DNA of 60,151 nt from an uncultured virus (IMG/VR IMGVR_UViG_3300037634_004692) (Duplodnaviria > Heunggongvirae > Uroviricota > Caudoviricetes): IMG/VR virus record IMGVR_UViG_3300037634_004692; one strand, given 5' to 3'. Under the pieces are notes generated by a model that was not told the origin of the DNA, ran no database searches, and saw only the letters and a program-made list of their open reading frames with translations. Below, one piece after another: positions 28,733 through 39,382 of the stretch; positions within the stretch are counted from its first letter, which is position 1, and every line of letters starts with the position of its first letter. The translations under genes were made by a program, and so were the position numbers.

Positions 28733-30667
28733 ATGAACATCTTAGATAAATTTAGTGAAGTTTATGCGTCAAAGAAAGAAGATGAAATGACGTTAATGGA
28801 ATATCTTGAATTATGCAGGGAAGATAAAATGGCATATGCGACGGCTGCCGAACGTATGCTAGAGGCAATTGGTGAACCAGTAAGTATCGATACTTCTGAC
28901 GATCCACGCCTAAGTCGACTTTTCTTAAATCGTACAATCAAGACATATCCAGCATTTAAAAATTTCTATGGCATGGAAGAAACAGTTGAGAGATTGGTTG
29001 CATACTTTCGACATTCTGCACAAGGATTAGAAGAAAAGAAGCAAATTTTATATTTATTGGGACCAGTTGGTGGCGGTAAATCATCATTGGCCGAATGTCT
29101 TAAAGATTTAATGGAGCAATATCCAATCTATGCATTGAAGGCTGATGATCAAATATCACCAATCTTTGAATCGCCACTTGGACTATTTGATCCAAAAACA
29201 TATGCAGCGGATTTAAAGGCAGATTACGGCATTGAAAACCGATATTTGTCTGGGCTATTATCTCCTTGGGCAATTAAACGCTTAGAAGAAGCTGATGGTG
29301 ATCTAACAAAATTCACAGTAGTTCGATTACATCCAAGTAAGTTGAAGCAAGTCGGTATTATGAAAACTGAACCTGGTGATGAGAATAACCAAGATATTTC
29401 ATCATTAGTAGGTAAGACAGATATTCGCCAGTTGGAATATTTCTCGCAGAATGATCCAGATTCTTATGCATTTTCTGGTGCATTGTGTCGTGGTAACCAA
29501 GGTATTATGGAATTTGTAGAAATGTTTAAGGCACCTATTAAAGTGCTACATCCACTACTAACTGCAACACAAGAAGGTAACTATATGGGCACTGAAGGCA
29601 TTTCAGCTATCCCATTTAACGGTATGGTTATTGCTCACTCTAACGAATCTGAGTGGGAAGCATTCCGCAACAACAAAAACAACGAAGCGTTCCTTGATCG
29701 TGTGTATATGGTGAAAGTGCCGTATTGCTTGCGTATTGATGAAGAACTTAAAATTTATGAAAAGATGATTGATTCATCTGGTCTACGAGGTGCAGCAGCA
29801 GCACCAGGTACAACTGAAATGCTAGCACAATTTGCTATTCTTTCTCGTTTAAAAGAACACGCAAACTCCAACTTATTTTCTAAGATGCAAGTATACAACG
29901 GTGACTCGATTCAAGATGCAGACCCTAAAGCAAAGACCATGCAGGAATATAGAGATACTGCTGGTGTCGACGAAGGAATGAATGGTGTATCTACTCGATT
30001 TGCATTCAAAATTTTATCACAAACGTATAACTTTGATATTGATGAAGTAGCTGCTGATCCAGTACATTTAATGTATGTACTTGAACGTGAAATTAAACGT
30101 GAACAATTTACTAATGAAACTGAGGAAATGTTTTTAGGATTCATCAAAGAATTCCTAGCACCAAAGTATTCAGAAATGGTAGGTAAAGAAATTCAAAAGG
30201 CATATCTAGAAAGTTATAATGATTATGGCCAAAATGTATTTGATCGTTATATTGAATTTGCTGATCACTGGATTCAAAATATTGAATTCAAAGATCATGA
30301 CACTGGCAATTTGTTTGATCGTAAGATACTAAACGATGAACTAGAGAAGATTGAAAAGCCAGCAGGTATTTCTAATCCTAAAGATTTCCGTAACGAAGTT
30401 GTTAACTTTGTATTACGTGCGCGTTCCAAGCACGAAGGTCGTAATCCCCCGTGGAACTCATATGAAAAATTGAAGGAAGTTATTGAACATAAAATGTTCT
30501 CTAATACAGAAGAATTACTGCCTATCATTTCTTATGGTTCTAAAAAGAACACTGATGAAGAACAGAAGCATGATGATTTTGTGAATCGCATGGTAGAAAA
30601 AGGCTACACTGAGCGCCAAGTTAGACGCCTAGTTGAATGGTATATGCGTACACTGAAATCTAACTAG
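28733..30667 (+). CDS. prkA: PrkA/YeaG family AAA+ protein (annotated serine kinase)
   Basis: LLGPVGGGKSS Walker A; EPGDENNQDISSLVGK; EFVEMFKAPIKVLHPLLTATQE. Confidence 0.93.
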   Translation: MNILDKFSEVYASKKEDEMTLMEYLELCREDKMAYATAAERMLEAIGEPVSIDTSDDPRLSRLFLNRTIKTYPAFKNFYGMEETVERLVAYFRHSAQGLEEKKQILYLLGPVGGGKSSLAECLKDLMEQYPIYALKADDQISPIFESPLGLFDPKTYAADLKADYGIENRYLSGLLSPWAIKRLEEADGDLTKFTVVRLHPSKLKQVGIMKTEPGDENNQDISSLVGKTDIRQLEYFSQNDPDSYAFSGALCRGNQGIMEFVEMFKAPIKVLHPLLTATQEGNYMGTEGISAIPFNGMVIAHSNESEWEAFRNNKNNEAFLDRVYMVKVPYCLRIDEELKIYEKMIDSSGLRGAAAAPGTTEMLAQFAILSRLKEHANSNLFSKMQVYNGDSIQDADPKAKTMQEYRDTAGVDEGMNGVSTRFAFKILSQTYNFDIDEVAADPVHLMYVLEREIKREQFTNETEEMFLGFIKEFLAPKYSEMVGKEIQKAYLESYNDYGQNVFDRYIEFADHWIQNIEFKDHDTGNLFDRKILNDELEKIEKPAGISNPKDFRNEVVNFVLRARSKHEGRNPPWNSYEKLKEVIEHKMFSNTEELLPIISYGSKKNTDEEQKHDDFVNRMVEKGYTERQVRRLVEWYMRTLKSN

Positions 30668-30679
30668 GAGAGTATTGTT

Positions 30680-31978
30680 TTGTCCAATATAATCATAGAT
30701 AGACGCTCTAACCCGCATGGAAAAAGCCTGTCAAACAGACAGCGTTTTATCAAGCGTACTAAAGAGCAAATTAAAGATAGCATTGATAAGACATTAGGTG
30801 ATCGTTCTGTTGGAGGCAGTAGTGACGGTCACGATGTTAATATCAGTCGTAAATCAATCAAAGAACCCCAATTTGGTCATGATCCAGCGACAGGCGAGAA
30901 AGACACAGTATTGCCTGGCAATAAAGAATATATGCCTGGTGATCAAATCCAGAAGCCAAAAAAAGGAAAAGGTGGTGGCAGAGGCAATGAACCATCAGAT
31001 ACTGGCGAGGGCGAAGATGATTTTATATTCAACTTAAATAATGATGAGTTTGTAGATATTCTATTTGAGGATCTTGAATTACCCAACTTAGCCAAGAAAG
31101 AAAATAAAGTCATTGAAAGTTACACAATGTCGCGATCCGGCTTTACTAACGAAGGTTCACCAACCCAACTTAATCTAGAAAAGAGTATGGTTAGTAGCTT
31201 AGGTAGACGAATTGCATTGCTAAAACCTAAACGTAGACGAATTCGTGAAATTGAAGAATTATTAGCAGTATTAGATGCTAAAGATGAATTAACTGATGAA
31301 GAAAAGCAAACATATGTAGAGTTGACCGAAGAAGCAACATCACTTCGCGTTCGTGCTCGTGCTATCTCATTCATTGATCCAATTGATTTACGATACAATA
31401 ATTTTTTTAAAACCCCTAATCCAACATCACAAGCAGTTGTATTCTTTGTTATGGATGTATCAGCATCGATGAGTGAATATCATAAAGATGTTGCTAAACG
31501 ATTTTTTACGTTATTGAATTTATTCATCAGCCGCAAGTATCGTAAGATTGAACCTGTATTTGTTCGGTATCATACTGAATCCATTGAATGTGATGAACAT
31601 GATTTCTTTCATGCTAGGGAAACAGGCGGTACTGTTACTAGTAGTGCATTTGAGACAGTTATTGATATCATTAAAGACCGTTATCCCGTTAATGATTGGA
31701 ATATTTATATTTCACACGCATCTGATGGAGATAACTTTTATTCTGATAATGTTAAATTACTCAAAATGTTAGATGAAGAACTTTTTCCAATTATACAACA
31801 TTATTCATACATTCAGGTCAAATCAGAACATGAATTTAAGACCACTGGCAACTTGTATGATGTGTTTAATAGTAAATTAAATGGGAATGTAGATAACTTT
31901 ATTGCCAAAGAAATTAAACGTACTAAAGATATCTATCCGATATTTAGGGAAATATTTAAAAAGGAAAATAACGAATGA
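30680..31978 (+). CDS. yeaH: YeaH/YhbH (DUF444) family vWA-domain protein
   Basis: IIDRR.N..GKSL.NRQRF; MDVSASM MIDAS; ETGGT; SDGDN; follows prkA. Confidence 0.9.
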   Translation: MSNIIIDRRSNPHGKSLSNRQRFIKRTKEQIKDSIDKTLGDRSVGGSSDGHDVNISRKSIKEPQFGHDPATGEKDTVLPGNKEYMPGDQIQKPKKGKGGGRGNEPSDTGEGEDDFIFNLNNDEFVDILFEDLELPNLAKKENKVIESYTMSRSGFTNEGSPTQLNLEKSMVSSLGRRIALLKPKRRRIREIEELLAVLDAKDELTDEEKQTYVELTEEATSLRVRARAISFIDPIDLRYNNFFKTPNPTSQAVVFFVMDVSASMSEYHKDVAKRFFTLLNLFISRKYRKIEPVFVRYHTESIECDEHDFFHARETGGTVTSSAFETVIDIIKDRYPVNDWNIYISHASDGDNFYSDNVKLLKMLDEELFPIIQHYSYIQVKSEHEFKTTGNLYDVFNSKLNGNVDNFIAKEIKRTKDIYPIFREIFKKENNE

Positions 31979-33480
31979 CATACCTATATAAAGGAACAGA
32001 TTGGGATTTTAATAAACTTTATACTGTAATGGATGCATGTGAAGATATAGCAATTAATGATCTCGGGCTTGATTGCTATCCGAATCAAATTGAAATAATT
32101 ACAGTTGAACAAATGCTTGATTCATATTCCTCAGTTGGTATGCCCATGATGTACAATCATTGGTCGTTTGGTAAAAGTTTTTTACAAAATCAACATAAGT
32201 ATGATGCTGGACAAATGGGACTTGCTTATGAACTTGTAATCAATTCAAATCCGTGCATCAACTATTTAATGGAGGAAAACTCCATGACTACACAGGCATT
32301 AGTAATTGCCCACGCTGCCTTTGGACATAATCATTTCTTTAAGAATAACTATATGTTCCAAGAATGGACAGATGCTGATGCTATTATTGATTATTTGAGT
32401 TTCGCAAAGAAGTATATTGCTGATTGTGAACAAAAATATGGTTATGATGCAGTTGATGAAATATTAACGTGCGCCCATATGCTCCAATACCAATCAGTTG
32501 ATAAGTATAAGCGCCCATATCCAATGAATCCAACTAAGGAACGTGAGAAACAATTAGAACGTGCTGAATATCTACAGAAGCAAGTAAATGATCTATGGCG
32601 CACAGTTCCAGTAACTGAAGTCGAAGAAGAAAAAAAACGTCGACCAACATTCCCAGAAACACCGGAAGAAAACTTACTATATTTTCTAGAAAAGCATTCT
32701 CCTGTATTGAAGCCATGGGAACGCGAATTGTGTCGCATTGTACGTAAAATGGCACAGTATTTTTATCCTCAATATCAAACAAAAGTAATGAATGAGGGAT
32801 TCGCAAGTTTCACGCATCATTATATTATGAATAAATTATATGATAAAGATTTGGTGGATGATGGCGCAATGCTCGAATTTAATAAGATGCATGCTGGAGT
32901 GTTATTTCAACCAGAGTTTGATAGTAAATTCTATTCAGGAATGAATCCATATGCACTTGGATTTGCTATTCTGCGTGATATCCGCCGTGTATGTGAAACA
33001 CCAGACGACGAAGATTATGAATGGTTCCCTGACATCGCTGGTACTGAATGGCGTCCAGTTATTCGCGACATTGCAGCCAACTACCGTGATGAAAGTGCTA
33101 TTCGTCAATTCTTAGGTCCTAAGGTAATGCGTGATTGGAAAATGTTTACATTAGAAGATAAAGAAAGCGAAAGCAACTACAAAGTAGGCGCAATTCATAA
33201 TGAGCAAGGCTTTAAACGAATTCGCAAAGCATTGGCAGATTCTTACGAAACGGCTGCAATGATCCCAGATATCCAAATTCATAATGCTGATATACATGGC
33301 GACAGAACATTGTATCTTAAGCATCATAGTTACAAGGAACGCAAGTTGAATAAAGATGATGCAGAATCCGTTTTAGAGTCAGTTAAACGATTATGGGGAT
33401 ATGAAGTTGATTTAACATCTTCAGCACCAGGAAATGTTTCAGCTACTCATTTATATACAAAAAAAACTCGTAAATTTTAA
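31975..33480 (+). CDS. spoVR: SpoVR/YcgB family protein
   Basis: YNHWSFGK; GLAYELVINSNPC; AHAAFGHNHFFKNN; QTKVMNEG. Confidence 0.92.
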   Translation: MTYLYKGTDWDFNKLYTVMDACEDIAINDLGLDCYPNQIEIITVEQMLDSYSSVGMPMMYNHWSFGKSFLQNQHKYDAGQMGLAYELVINSNPCINYLMEENSMTTQALVIAHAAFGHNHFFKNNYMFQEWTDADAIIDYLSFAKKYIADCEQKYGYDAVDEILTCAHMLQYQSVDKYKRPYPMNPTKEREKQLERAEYLQKQVNDLWRTVPVTEVEEEKKRRPTFPETPEENLLYFLEKHSPVLKPWERELCRIVRKMAQYFYPQYQTKVMNEGFASFTHHYIMNKLYDKDLVDDGAMLEFNKMHAGVLFQPEFDSKFYSGMNPYALGFAILRDIRRVCETPDDEDYEWFPDIAGTEWRPVIRDIAANYRDESAIRQFLGPKVMRDWKMFTLEDKESESNYKVGAIHNEQGFKRIRKALADSYETAAMIPDIQIHNADIHGDRTLYLKHHSYKERKLNKDDAESVLESVKRLWGYEVDLTSSAPGNVSATHLYTKKTRKF

Positions 33481-33611
33481 AAAGCATTCATATTATTAAA
33501 GGGCAAATTTAATTTGCCTTTTATTTTGAATAAGAAATAATAGCATTTAATTTTTTAAAAAAATAGATAAATATTATGATATAAGCTACATTTATAATTG
33601 AGGACACAACA

Positions 33612-33962
33612 TTGTATACATATAAAGCAAAACTAGTTAGAGTAGTAGACGGCGACACTATCGACGCAGAAATTGATCTGGGATTTAATGTTTTAATTAG
33701 ACAGCGCATTAGACTCTATGGCATAGATGCACCAGAAGCCAGAACTAGAGATTTAGAAGAAAAAGAGCGTGGGTTAGCCGCCAAACAACGATTGACTGAA
33801 ATATTACCAAAGGAATTTATAGTAGAAACAATTTTAAATAAGCGTGGTAAATTCGGACGTATTTTAGGGATATTACATATTAAAGACGCGACCAATAATA
33901 TCAATGTAAATGATATGTTAGTTGAAGAAGGTCACGCCGTTAAATATTTAATTAATAAATAA
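33612..33962 (+). CDS. Thermonuclease (SNase-like) family protein
   Basis: RVVDGDT...RIRLYGIDAPE...KFGRILG...VN..LVEEGHA. Confidence 0.85.
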   Translation: MYTYKAKLVRVVDGDTIDAEIDLGFNVLIRQRIRLYGIDAPEARTRDLEEKERGLAAKQRLTEILPKEFIVETILNKRGKFGRILGILHIKDATNNINVNDMLVEEGHAVKYLINK

Positions 33963-33966
33963 TAAT

Positions 33967-35523
33967 ATGATGAGATTATTTGGATTTTGGACAGTTTTAG
34001 TAGCTTTATCAATAAGTGTAGTAGCAGCCTATTATAGTATTGTAGGCTTAGTTGCAATATTTGCTGCGAGTATGATACCTGTTATAATTATGGGCAGTGT
34101 TCTTGAAATTGGTAAGATTACATCAGCTATTTGGCTACATATATATTTTTCCAGGGCTACCTTTTTAATTAAATCATACCTTAGTATTGCAGTAATTCTG
34201 CTTATGTTCATTACATCTATGGGCATTTTTGGATTTTTAAGTAAAGCACATATTGAACAAAATGCTGTCGCACTTGAAGGCCAAGCTCAATTAGAAAGAA
34301 TTGCAGTAGATATTTCACGTAGTAATGATATAGTTGCACGTGCTGAATCTAAAATAACTAAATTAGACACACAAGACGAAAATGCAGATGCAGGCTTGCA
34401 AGAAAAGATAGCAGTAGAAGAACAGCGCATTGCCACTGTATATAATCGTTTAAGAACAGATGTTAACTTCACACAATCATCATTATCAGAAACCGTTGCT
34501 CCTTATGAAGAACAAGCAGCACAAGCTCAAGACTTATTGGATCAATTAGCCAACTATATTGCAGAAGATAATATCAGAGCATTACAAGGATTAGTAGGCG
34601 CTACAGTAGACGGAAGATATGGTGCAATAACTGCATCTAAAGTTGAAACTTTCCGTAATAATATTGAAGAACAACGATCAACGGCACTAACTGCTATAAC
34701 AGAAACACGCAAAGCAGCACAACTTGAAATCACACGATTGCGATCAGTAGCAGATTCTTCTATAGCTGCATCAAATGAGTTAATTAACCGTTTGCGCAGT
34801 CAGGTAGGTACATTAACTAATGTTGATGTAGAGGATCAAATACAAGAGCAACGTACTATTATTGCCAATACGTCAAAGGCAATTGATGATCTTTTTGAAA
34901 GCAAATATCAGATAGAAGCAGAAGCAAGAAAATTAGAAGCAGAAGTAGGGCCAGTAAAATATATCGCTCAACTCATCTACGGTGACGAAACAACTCGTAA
35001 CAATTTAGAAAATGCAGTACGATGGATAATTATTATGTTAGTATTTGTTTTTGATCCATTGGCAATTGTACTAGTTATTGCAGGTATTACACTTGTAGAA
35101 AATTCATTTCCAAAAAGAAAAATAGAACCGATCATTGAGCATGATCCGCCAGTTTTAAATCATAATGATGACAATGATGACGATATTAGCGAATTAAATG
35201 TTGACACAGATGAAGAAATTGTGTATAATAATGAAATAGTATCAAATGGATTAACTCAACGTGAAATAGATGAGATGGTCCGTGAACAAATTGAACTAAA
35301 TACCTATACTCGTAAAATTGAAACTAAGATAAAGCTTGACGAAGTAGTAAATAAAATGAAAGAAGATGGCCAATGGCCAGATGGTATTAAAGACACGGGT
35401 ATTACTATGAAAGATGTAGTTCAAGCTGATACAACAGGTGAATTAGAAGAATTACTTAACCGTGCCGATGATGAAACACTTAAAGAAGTCTATAGTGCAT
35501 TAACTAACCAGCTAAAGAAATAA
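33967..35523 (+). CDS. Multi-pass membrane protein with a long coiled-coil loop
   Basis: Three N-terminal hydrophobic helices, coiled coil, IIIMLVFVFDPLAIVLVIAG helix; LQ..VG..VDG.YG..T motif. Confidence 0.75.
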   Translation: MMRLFGFWTVLVALSISVVAAYYSIVGLVAIFAASMIPVIIMGSVLEIGKITSAIWLHIYFSRATFLIKSYLSIAVILLMFITSMGIFGFLSKAHIEQNAVALEGQAQLERIAVDISRSNDIVARAESKITKLDTQDENADAGLQEKIAVEEQRIATVYNRLRTDVNFTQSSLSETVAPYEEQAAQAQDLLDQLANYIAEDNIRALQGLVGATVDGRYGAITASKVETFRNNIEEQRSTALTAITETRKAAQLEITRLRSVADSSIAASNELINRLRSQVGTLTNVDVEDQIQEQRTIIANTSKAIDDLFESKYQIEAEARKLEAEVGPVKYIAQLIYGDETTRNNLENAVRWIIIMLVFVFDPLAIVLVIAGITLVENSFPKRKIEPIIEHDPPVLNHNDDNDDDISELNVDTDEEIVYNNEIVSNGLTQREIDEMVREQIELNTYTRKIETKIKLDEVVNKMKEDGQWPDGIKDTGITMKDVVQADTTGELEELLNRADDETLKEVYSALTNQLKK

Positions 35524-35541
35524 AATACTAAAGAGGCAAAC

Positions 35542-35976
35542 ATGCAGCAAGACAATAGTAGTTATTCAGTAACATCACCTGATTTATTATTAACGGATGA
35601 TGGTATCACTGTACTTATTACTAGTACTGATCAAAAATTTATTGACGATATTAAACACATTTATGAAAAATATGTTGATACTAGTATTGTATTCAATATC
35701 CAACAAATTCCAACAACTGAAAGCACTGTAAGTTGGATGTGGTATGTTAGTCGTCCAGCAGACATGATGATCGTAGATTTAGATACATGTGCTTGGGTAG
35801 ATGTATGTGCGGCAATATTAAAACCACAAAATGATAATCACAGTGTGGTATTTTTTAGTAAAAAACATAAAAAGCGTGAAGCAGTAAGATTACTTAATGC
35901 AACCGCAGAATTTATAATTTTAAAGGAAGTCGACCATATCGACACTTTCTTAAAACATCAACTTGGAATAACATGA
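35542..35976 (+). CDS. Hypothetical protein
   Basis: GAGG RBS; ATGA overlap with clpX. Confidence 0.7.
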   Translation: MQQDNSSYSVTSPDLLLTDDGITVLITSTDQKFIDDIKHIYEKYVDTSIVFNIQQIPTTESTVSWMWYVSRPADMMIVDLDTCAWVDVCAAILKPQNDNHSVVFFSKKHKKREAVRLLNATAEFIILKEVDHIDTFLKHQLGIT

Positions 35977-37199
35977 TTGAATCTCAATTATATTGTGGTT
36001 TCTGCGGAAAAACAAAAAAGCAGGTTGCTAAATTACTAAGTGGTATTGATAATATCTACATATGTGATTCTTGTGTTGAATTAAGTCACAACGTATTACA
36101 GAAAGAAGATAAAACAGCCACACTAGCTAAAAGACGTCAACGGCTACGTAAGATATATAAGACACTGCCCCCACGTGAAATACATAGTTTTCTCAATGAC
36201 CATATAATTGGTCAGGAACATGTAAAAAAGAGTGTTAGTGTAGCAGTATATAATCACTGTAAACGTATTTTTAATAAGACTGCAATACCGGTACAGAAAA
36301 GCAATGTATTACTATTAGGGCCAACTGGTGTAGGTAAGACACTTATAGCACAGACATTAGCTGATTGCCTTGATGTTCCGTTTGTTATAACAGATGCAAC
36401 TACATTAACAGAAAGTGGCTATGCTGGTGATGATAGCGAAGTACTTATTCATAAATTATTTCAAAACAGCGATTACGATATAGTTAAAACAGAAATCGGC
36501 ATTATATATGTAGATGAAATTGATAAAAAAGCAAGACGAAATGATTTAGTAAGTTTAAGCCGCGACGTTAGTGGCGAAGGTGTTCAACAAAGTTTATTGA
36601 AACTTATGGAAGGTACCGTAATTAAAGTGCCAAATAAGACTGGTGTACAACCAGCAGAAGTAGAAATTGATACAAGTAATATATTATTTATTGTCGGTGG
36701 CGCGTTTGTTGGTTTGGAAGATATGGTATTACAACGTATAGGGCGCAGTAAAATAGGTTTTAAAGATAATATATCTACGGCCGGCATACAATGGGAAGAT
36801 TATTTAGAAACAAGCGATTTAGTTCAGTATGGCTTAATACCAGAATTCTTGGGCAGATTACCAAGTATAAATATATTACATGACCTAAGTCATAATGATT
36901 TAATTGATGTTTTAACGCAACCAAAACATTCAATTATAAAGCAGTTCCAAGCTCTATTTTTACTTGATGAAGTTAATTTAGAGTTTAAACGATCAGCTAT
37001 AGAAAAAATAGTTGACATTGCTATAGACCAAGATTTAGGAGCGAGAGGGTTAAGAAAAATTATTGAATATGCATTAGTAAATATACAATATGAGTTACCA
37101 GAATTAGCAGCACAAGGGGTGCGTAAGATAATTGTTGGGCCTGAAATAATAGAGGATAATACAAAAAAACCATATATGATTAAAGGAAGTATCTCTTGA
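35973..37199 (+). CDS. clpX: ATP-dependent Clp protease ATPase subunit ClpX
   Basis: CxxC/CxxC Zn domain; GPTGVGKT; DEIDK; RDVSGEGVQQ; IGF loop; GARGLR. Confidence 0.95.
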   Translation: MIESQLYCGFCGKTKKQVAKLLSGIDNIYICDSCVELSHNVLQKEDKTATLAKRRQRLRKIYKTLPPREIHSFLNDHIIGQEHVKKSVSVAVYNHCKRIFNKTAIPVQKSNVLLLGPTGVGKTLIAQTLADCLDVPFVITDATTLTESGYAGDDSEVLIHKLFQNSDYDIVKTEIGIIYVDEIDKKARRNDLVSLSRDVSGEGVQQSLLKLMEGTVIKVPNKTGVQPAEVEIDTSNILFIVGGAFVGLEDMVLQRIGRSKIGFKDNISTAGIQWEDYLETSDLVQYGLIPEFLGRLPSINILHDLSHNDLIDVLTQPKHSIIKQFQALFLLDEVNLEFKRSAIEKIVDIAIDQDLGARGLRKIIEYALVNIQYELPELAAQGVRKIIVGPEIIEDNTKKPYMIKGSIS

Positions 37200-37708
37200 G
37201 AAAAACCTACAGTAATCCAAAGTTTGGACCAGTATGTAACGAGAAGATAAGAGCTTCTCATGTGCGCATAAATATAGACGGTGAAAGTCGTATAGTTACT
37301 AAGCGCGAAGCAATATCAATGGCAGTTGATCAGAATAAAGACTTAGTAGTAATTAGCGATAAGTCAGATCCGCCAGTTTGCAAAATTGTAGATTTAAATA
37401 AATTTTTATACGAAAAGAAGCAACGTGCTAAAGAAGCAGCAAAAAAAGCACGTGCTAATACAATAGAAACAAAAGAAATACGAATGACCCTTAACATTGG
37501 TCAAAATGATATTAATGTAAAAATTGCAAAAGTTCGTAAATTTTTAGAAAAAAAATGTAAGGTTACCCTTACTGTTACTTTAAAAGGTCGTGAACGCGGC
37601 AAACAAGACTTGGCACGTCAGTTATTAAAAGAAATAGCTGATCAGATGGAAGTGGAATTAGAACCATTTGCAGCAAATCCAGGACGGGTTAGTGCTAGAA
37701 TTAAATAG
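37196..37708 (+). CDS. infC: Translation initiation factor IF-3 (TTG start)
   Basis: NEKIRA..VR; DLVVI....PPVCKI.D..KFLYE; KEIR....I...D; KGRE. Confidence 0.92.
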   Translation: MRKTYSNPKFGPVCNEKIRASHVRINIDGESRIVTKREAISMAVDQNKDLVVISDKSDPPVCKIVDLNKFLYEKKQRAKEAAKKARANTIETKEIRMTLNIGQNDINVKIAKVRKFLEKKCKVTLTVTLKGRERGKQDLARQLLKEIADQMEVELEPFAANPGRVSARIK

Positions 37709-37715
37709 GTGAATA

Positions 37716-37961
37716 ATGGGAAAATATAATAGCAACAATAAATTTAACGAAGGACTAACAGTAGAAGTCAGAAATGGCAATGTTGATCAAGCACTACGTA
37801 AATTTAAAAAGAAATTAGCTAATGATGGCAAATTACAGGAAGTTCGAGATCGCAGAGAGTTTACGCCAAATTGTGAAATCAAGAAAAAGAGAAAAGCGGC
37901 GGCAAAAGCCCGTTGGAAGAAACATCTGTCAAGCCAAGTGCAACCAAAACGCTTATTTTAA
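37716..37961 (+). CDS. rpsU: Ribosomal protein bS21
   Basis: VEVRNGNVDQALRKFKKK....G...EVR.R..F.P; basic C-terminus. Confidence 0.9.
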   Translation: MGKYNSNNKFNEGLTVEVRNGNVDQALRKFKKKLANDGKLQEVRDRREFTPNCEIKKKRKAAAKARWKKHLSSQVQPKRLF

Positions 37962-38085
37962 AATAATACTTGACAAATTTATAAACATATGTTATAAATA
38001 CATATGTACAAATTGTACATAAAGTTATAAGAGTGCCACCAAGTGGGCTCTACATATAATCTTGCTTAATAAAGGAGAAAATATA

Positions 38086-38526
38086 ATGGCAAATTTTAAA
38101 CTATCAGCGGGTGATATCCCGGAATTTTATAAAACACGATCTATAGGATTTGATCGTATGTTCAGTGAACTAGAACGTACTTTAACAGGAACCAATTCAA
38201 GTGGTTACCCACCATATAATATTGTACGTATTGAAGATAATACATATATTATTAGTCTTGCAGTCGCAGGATTTACAATGGATGATCTAGATGTAGTTCA
38301 AGACAGTAAAGTATTAACGGTTACTGGTACTGCACCAGAACAAGACGAATCAGTTGAATATTTACATCGTGGCATTGCTGGTCGAAGTTTTCAACGAAAA
38401 TTTCAACTTGCAGATTATGTAGAAGTAGAAAATGCAACACTTGAATTAGGTGTACTTAATATTACACTAAAACAAAATGTTCCTAAGGAACTTCTACCAA
38501 AACAAATTAAAATTAAATCTAAGTAG
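38086..38526 (+). CDS. Small heat-shock protein Hsp20 (IbpA-like)
   Basis: IGFDRMF; GYPPYNI; LAVAGF; YLHRGIAGRSF; AAGGAG RBS before ATG 38086. Confidence 0.93.
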   Translation: MANFKLSAGDIPEFYKTRSIGFDRMFSELERTLTGTNSSGYPPYNIVRIEDNTYIISLAVAGFTMDDLDVVQDSKVLTVTGTAPEQDESVEYLHRGIAGRSFQRKFQLADYVEVENATLELGVLNITLKQNVPKELLPKQIKIKSK

Positions 38527-38544
38527 TAATACTTAAAATAATTA

Positions 38545-38568
38545 GGGCAGTGATAATAATTATTGCCC
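38545..38568 (+). terminator. Hairpin after hsp20
   Basis: GGGCAGTGAT-AATA-ATTATTGCCC. Confidence 0.55.
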
Positions 38569-38592
38569 ATTATAAATCATTAAGGAGTTAAA

Positions 38593-38892
38593 ATGACAGA
38601 AACCCAACAATCAAGTCAAACATCACATACTAAACTTAGAGGTCCGGGAAAATGGAATGTTCTTATGTTGAATGACGATGTTACACCGATGGAATTTGTA
38701 GTCCAAATTTTGATTAGTGTTTTCGGGTTATCACAGGACCAAGCTACACATGTAATGCTAGAAGTACATGAAAAAGGGCGAAGCATTGCTGGCGCTTATA
38801 TGTATGAAATTGCAGAACAAAAAACAAATGAAACACTCAACAGTGCTAGAATGGCAGGATATCCACTAGTTGCAACTGTCGAAGAAGCCTAA
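38593..38892 (+). CDS. clpS: Clp protease adaptor ClpS
   Basis: VLMLNDDVTPMEFVV; MLEVHEKG; YEIAEQK; GYPL. Confidence 0.93.
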   Translation: MTETQQSSQTSHTKLRGPGKWNVLMLNDDVTPMEFVVQILISVFGLSQDQATHVMLEVHEKGRSIAGAYMYEIAEQKTNETLNSARMAGYPLVATVEEA

Positions 38893-38893
38893 C

Positions 38894-39349
38894 ATGAAAT
38901 CAGAAATTGTTGGTTTCACTTGTTCTACATTTGATTTACTTCATGCTGGGCATGTACAAATGTTGCGAGAAGCACGGCAACAATGCGATCATCTTATTGT
39001 TGGGCTACAGATTGATCCAAGTGTGGACCGACCTGAAAAAAATCAACCCATTCAAACGGTTGTTGAACGACATGCACAGTTATCTGCTATTGCATTTGTA
39101 GATGAGATAATTCCATATTCCACTGAAACAGATCTTCAAGATATCTTGACAATGTATCAAATTGATGTTAGAATACTAGGAGAAGAATATAAAGAAAAGG
39201 ATTTTACAGGAAAAGACATTTGTAAAAAACGTGGAATCCAACTTTATTTTAATAAACGGGATCATCGATTTAGCACTAGTGATCTAAGAGCCCGCGTCGC
39301 TGGACGTGAAAATTCAAAACAATTTTTTGATGATCCTACTAAAAAATAA
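38894..39349 (+). CDS. Cytidylyltransferase (TagD/RfaE-like)
   Basis: TFDLLHAGH (HxGH); LIVGLQ.D; FSTSDLR. Confidence 0.85.
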   Translation: MKSEIVGFTCSTFDLLHAGHVQMLREARQQCDHLIVGLQIDPSVDRPEKNQPIQTVVERHAQLSAIAFVDEIIPYSTETDLQDILTMYQIDVRILGEEYKEKDFTGKDICKKRGIQLYFNKRDHRFSTSDLRARVAGRENSKQFFDDPTKK

Positions 39350-39382
39350 TTCAATCTTGTAATAATATAGAGGATATATATT

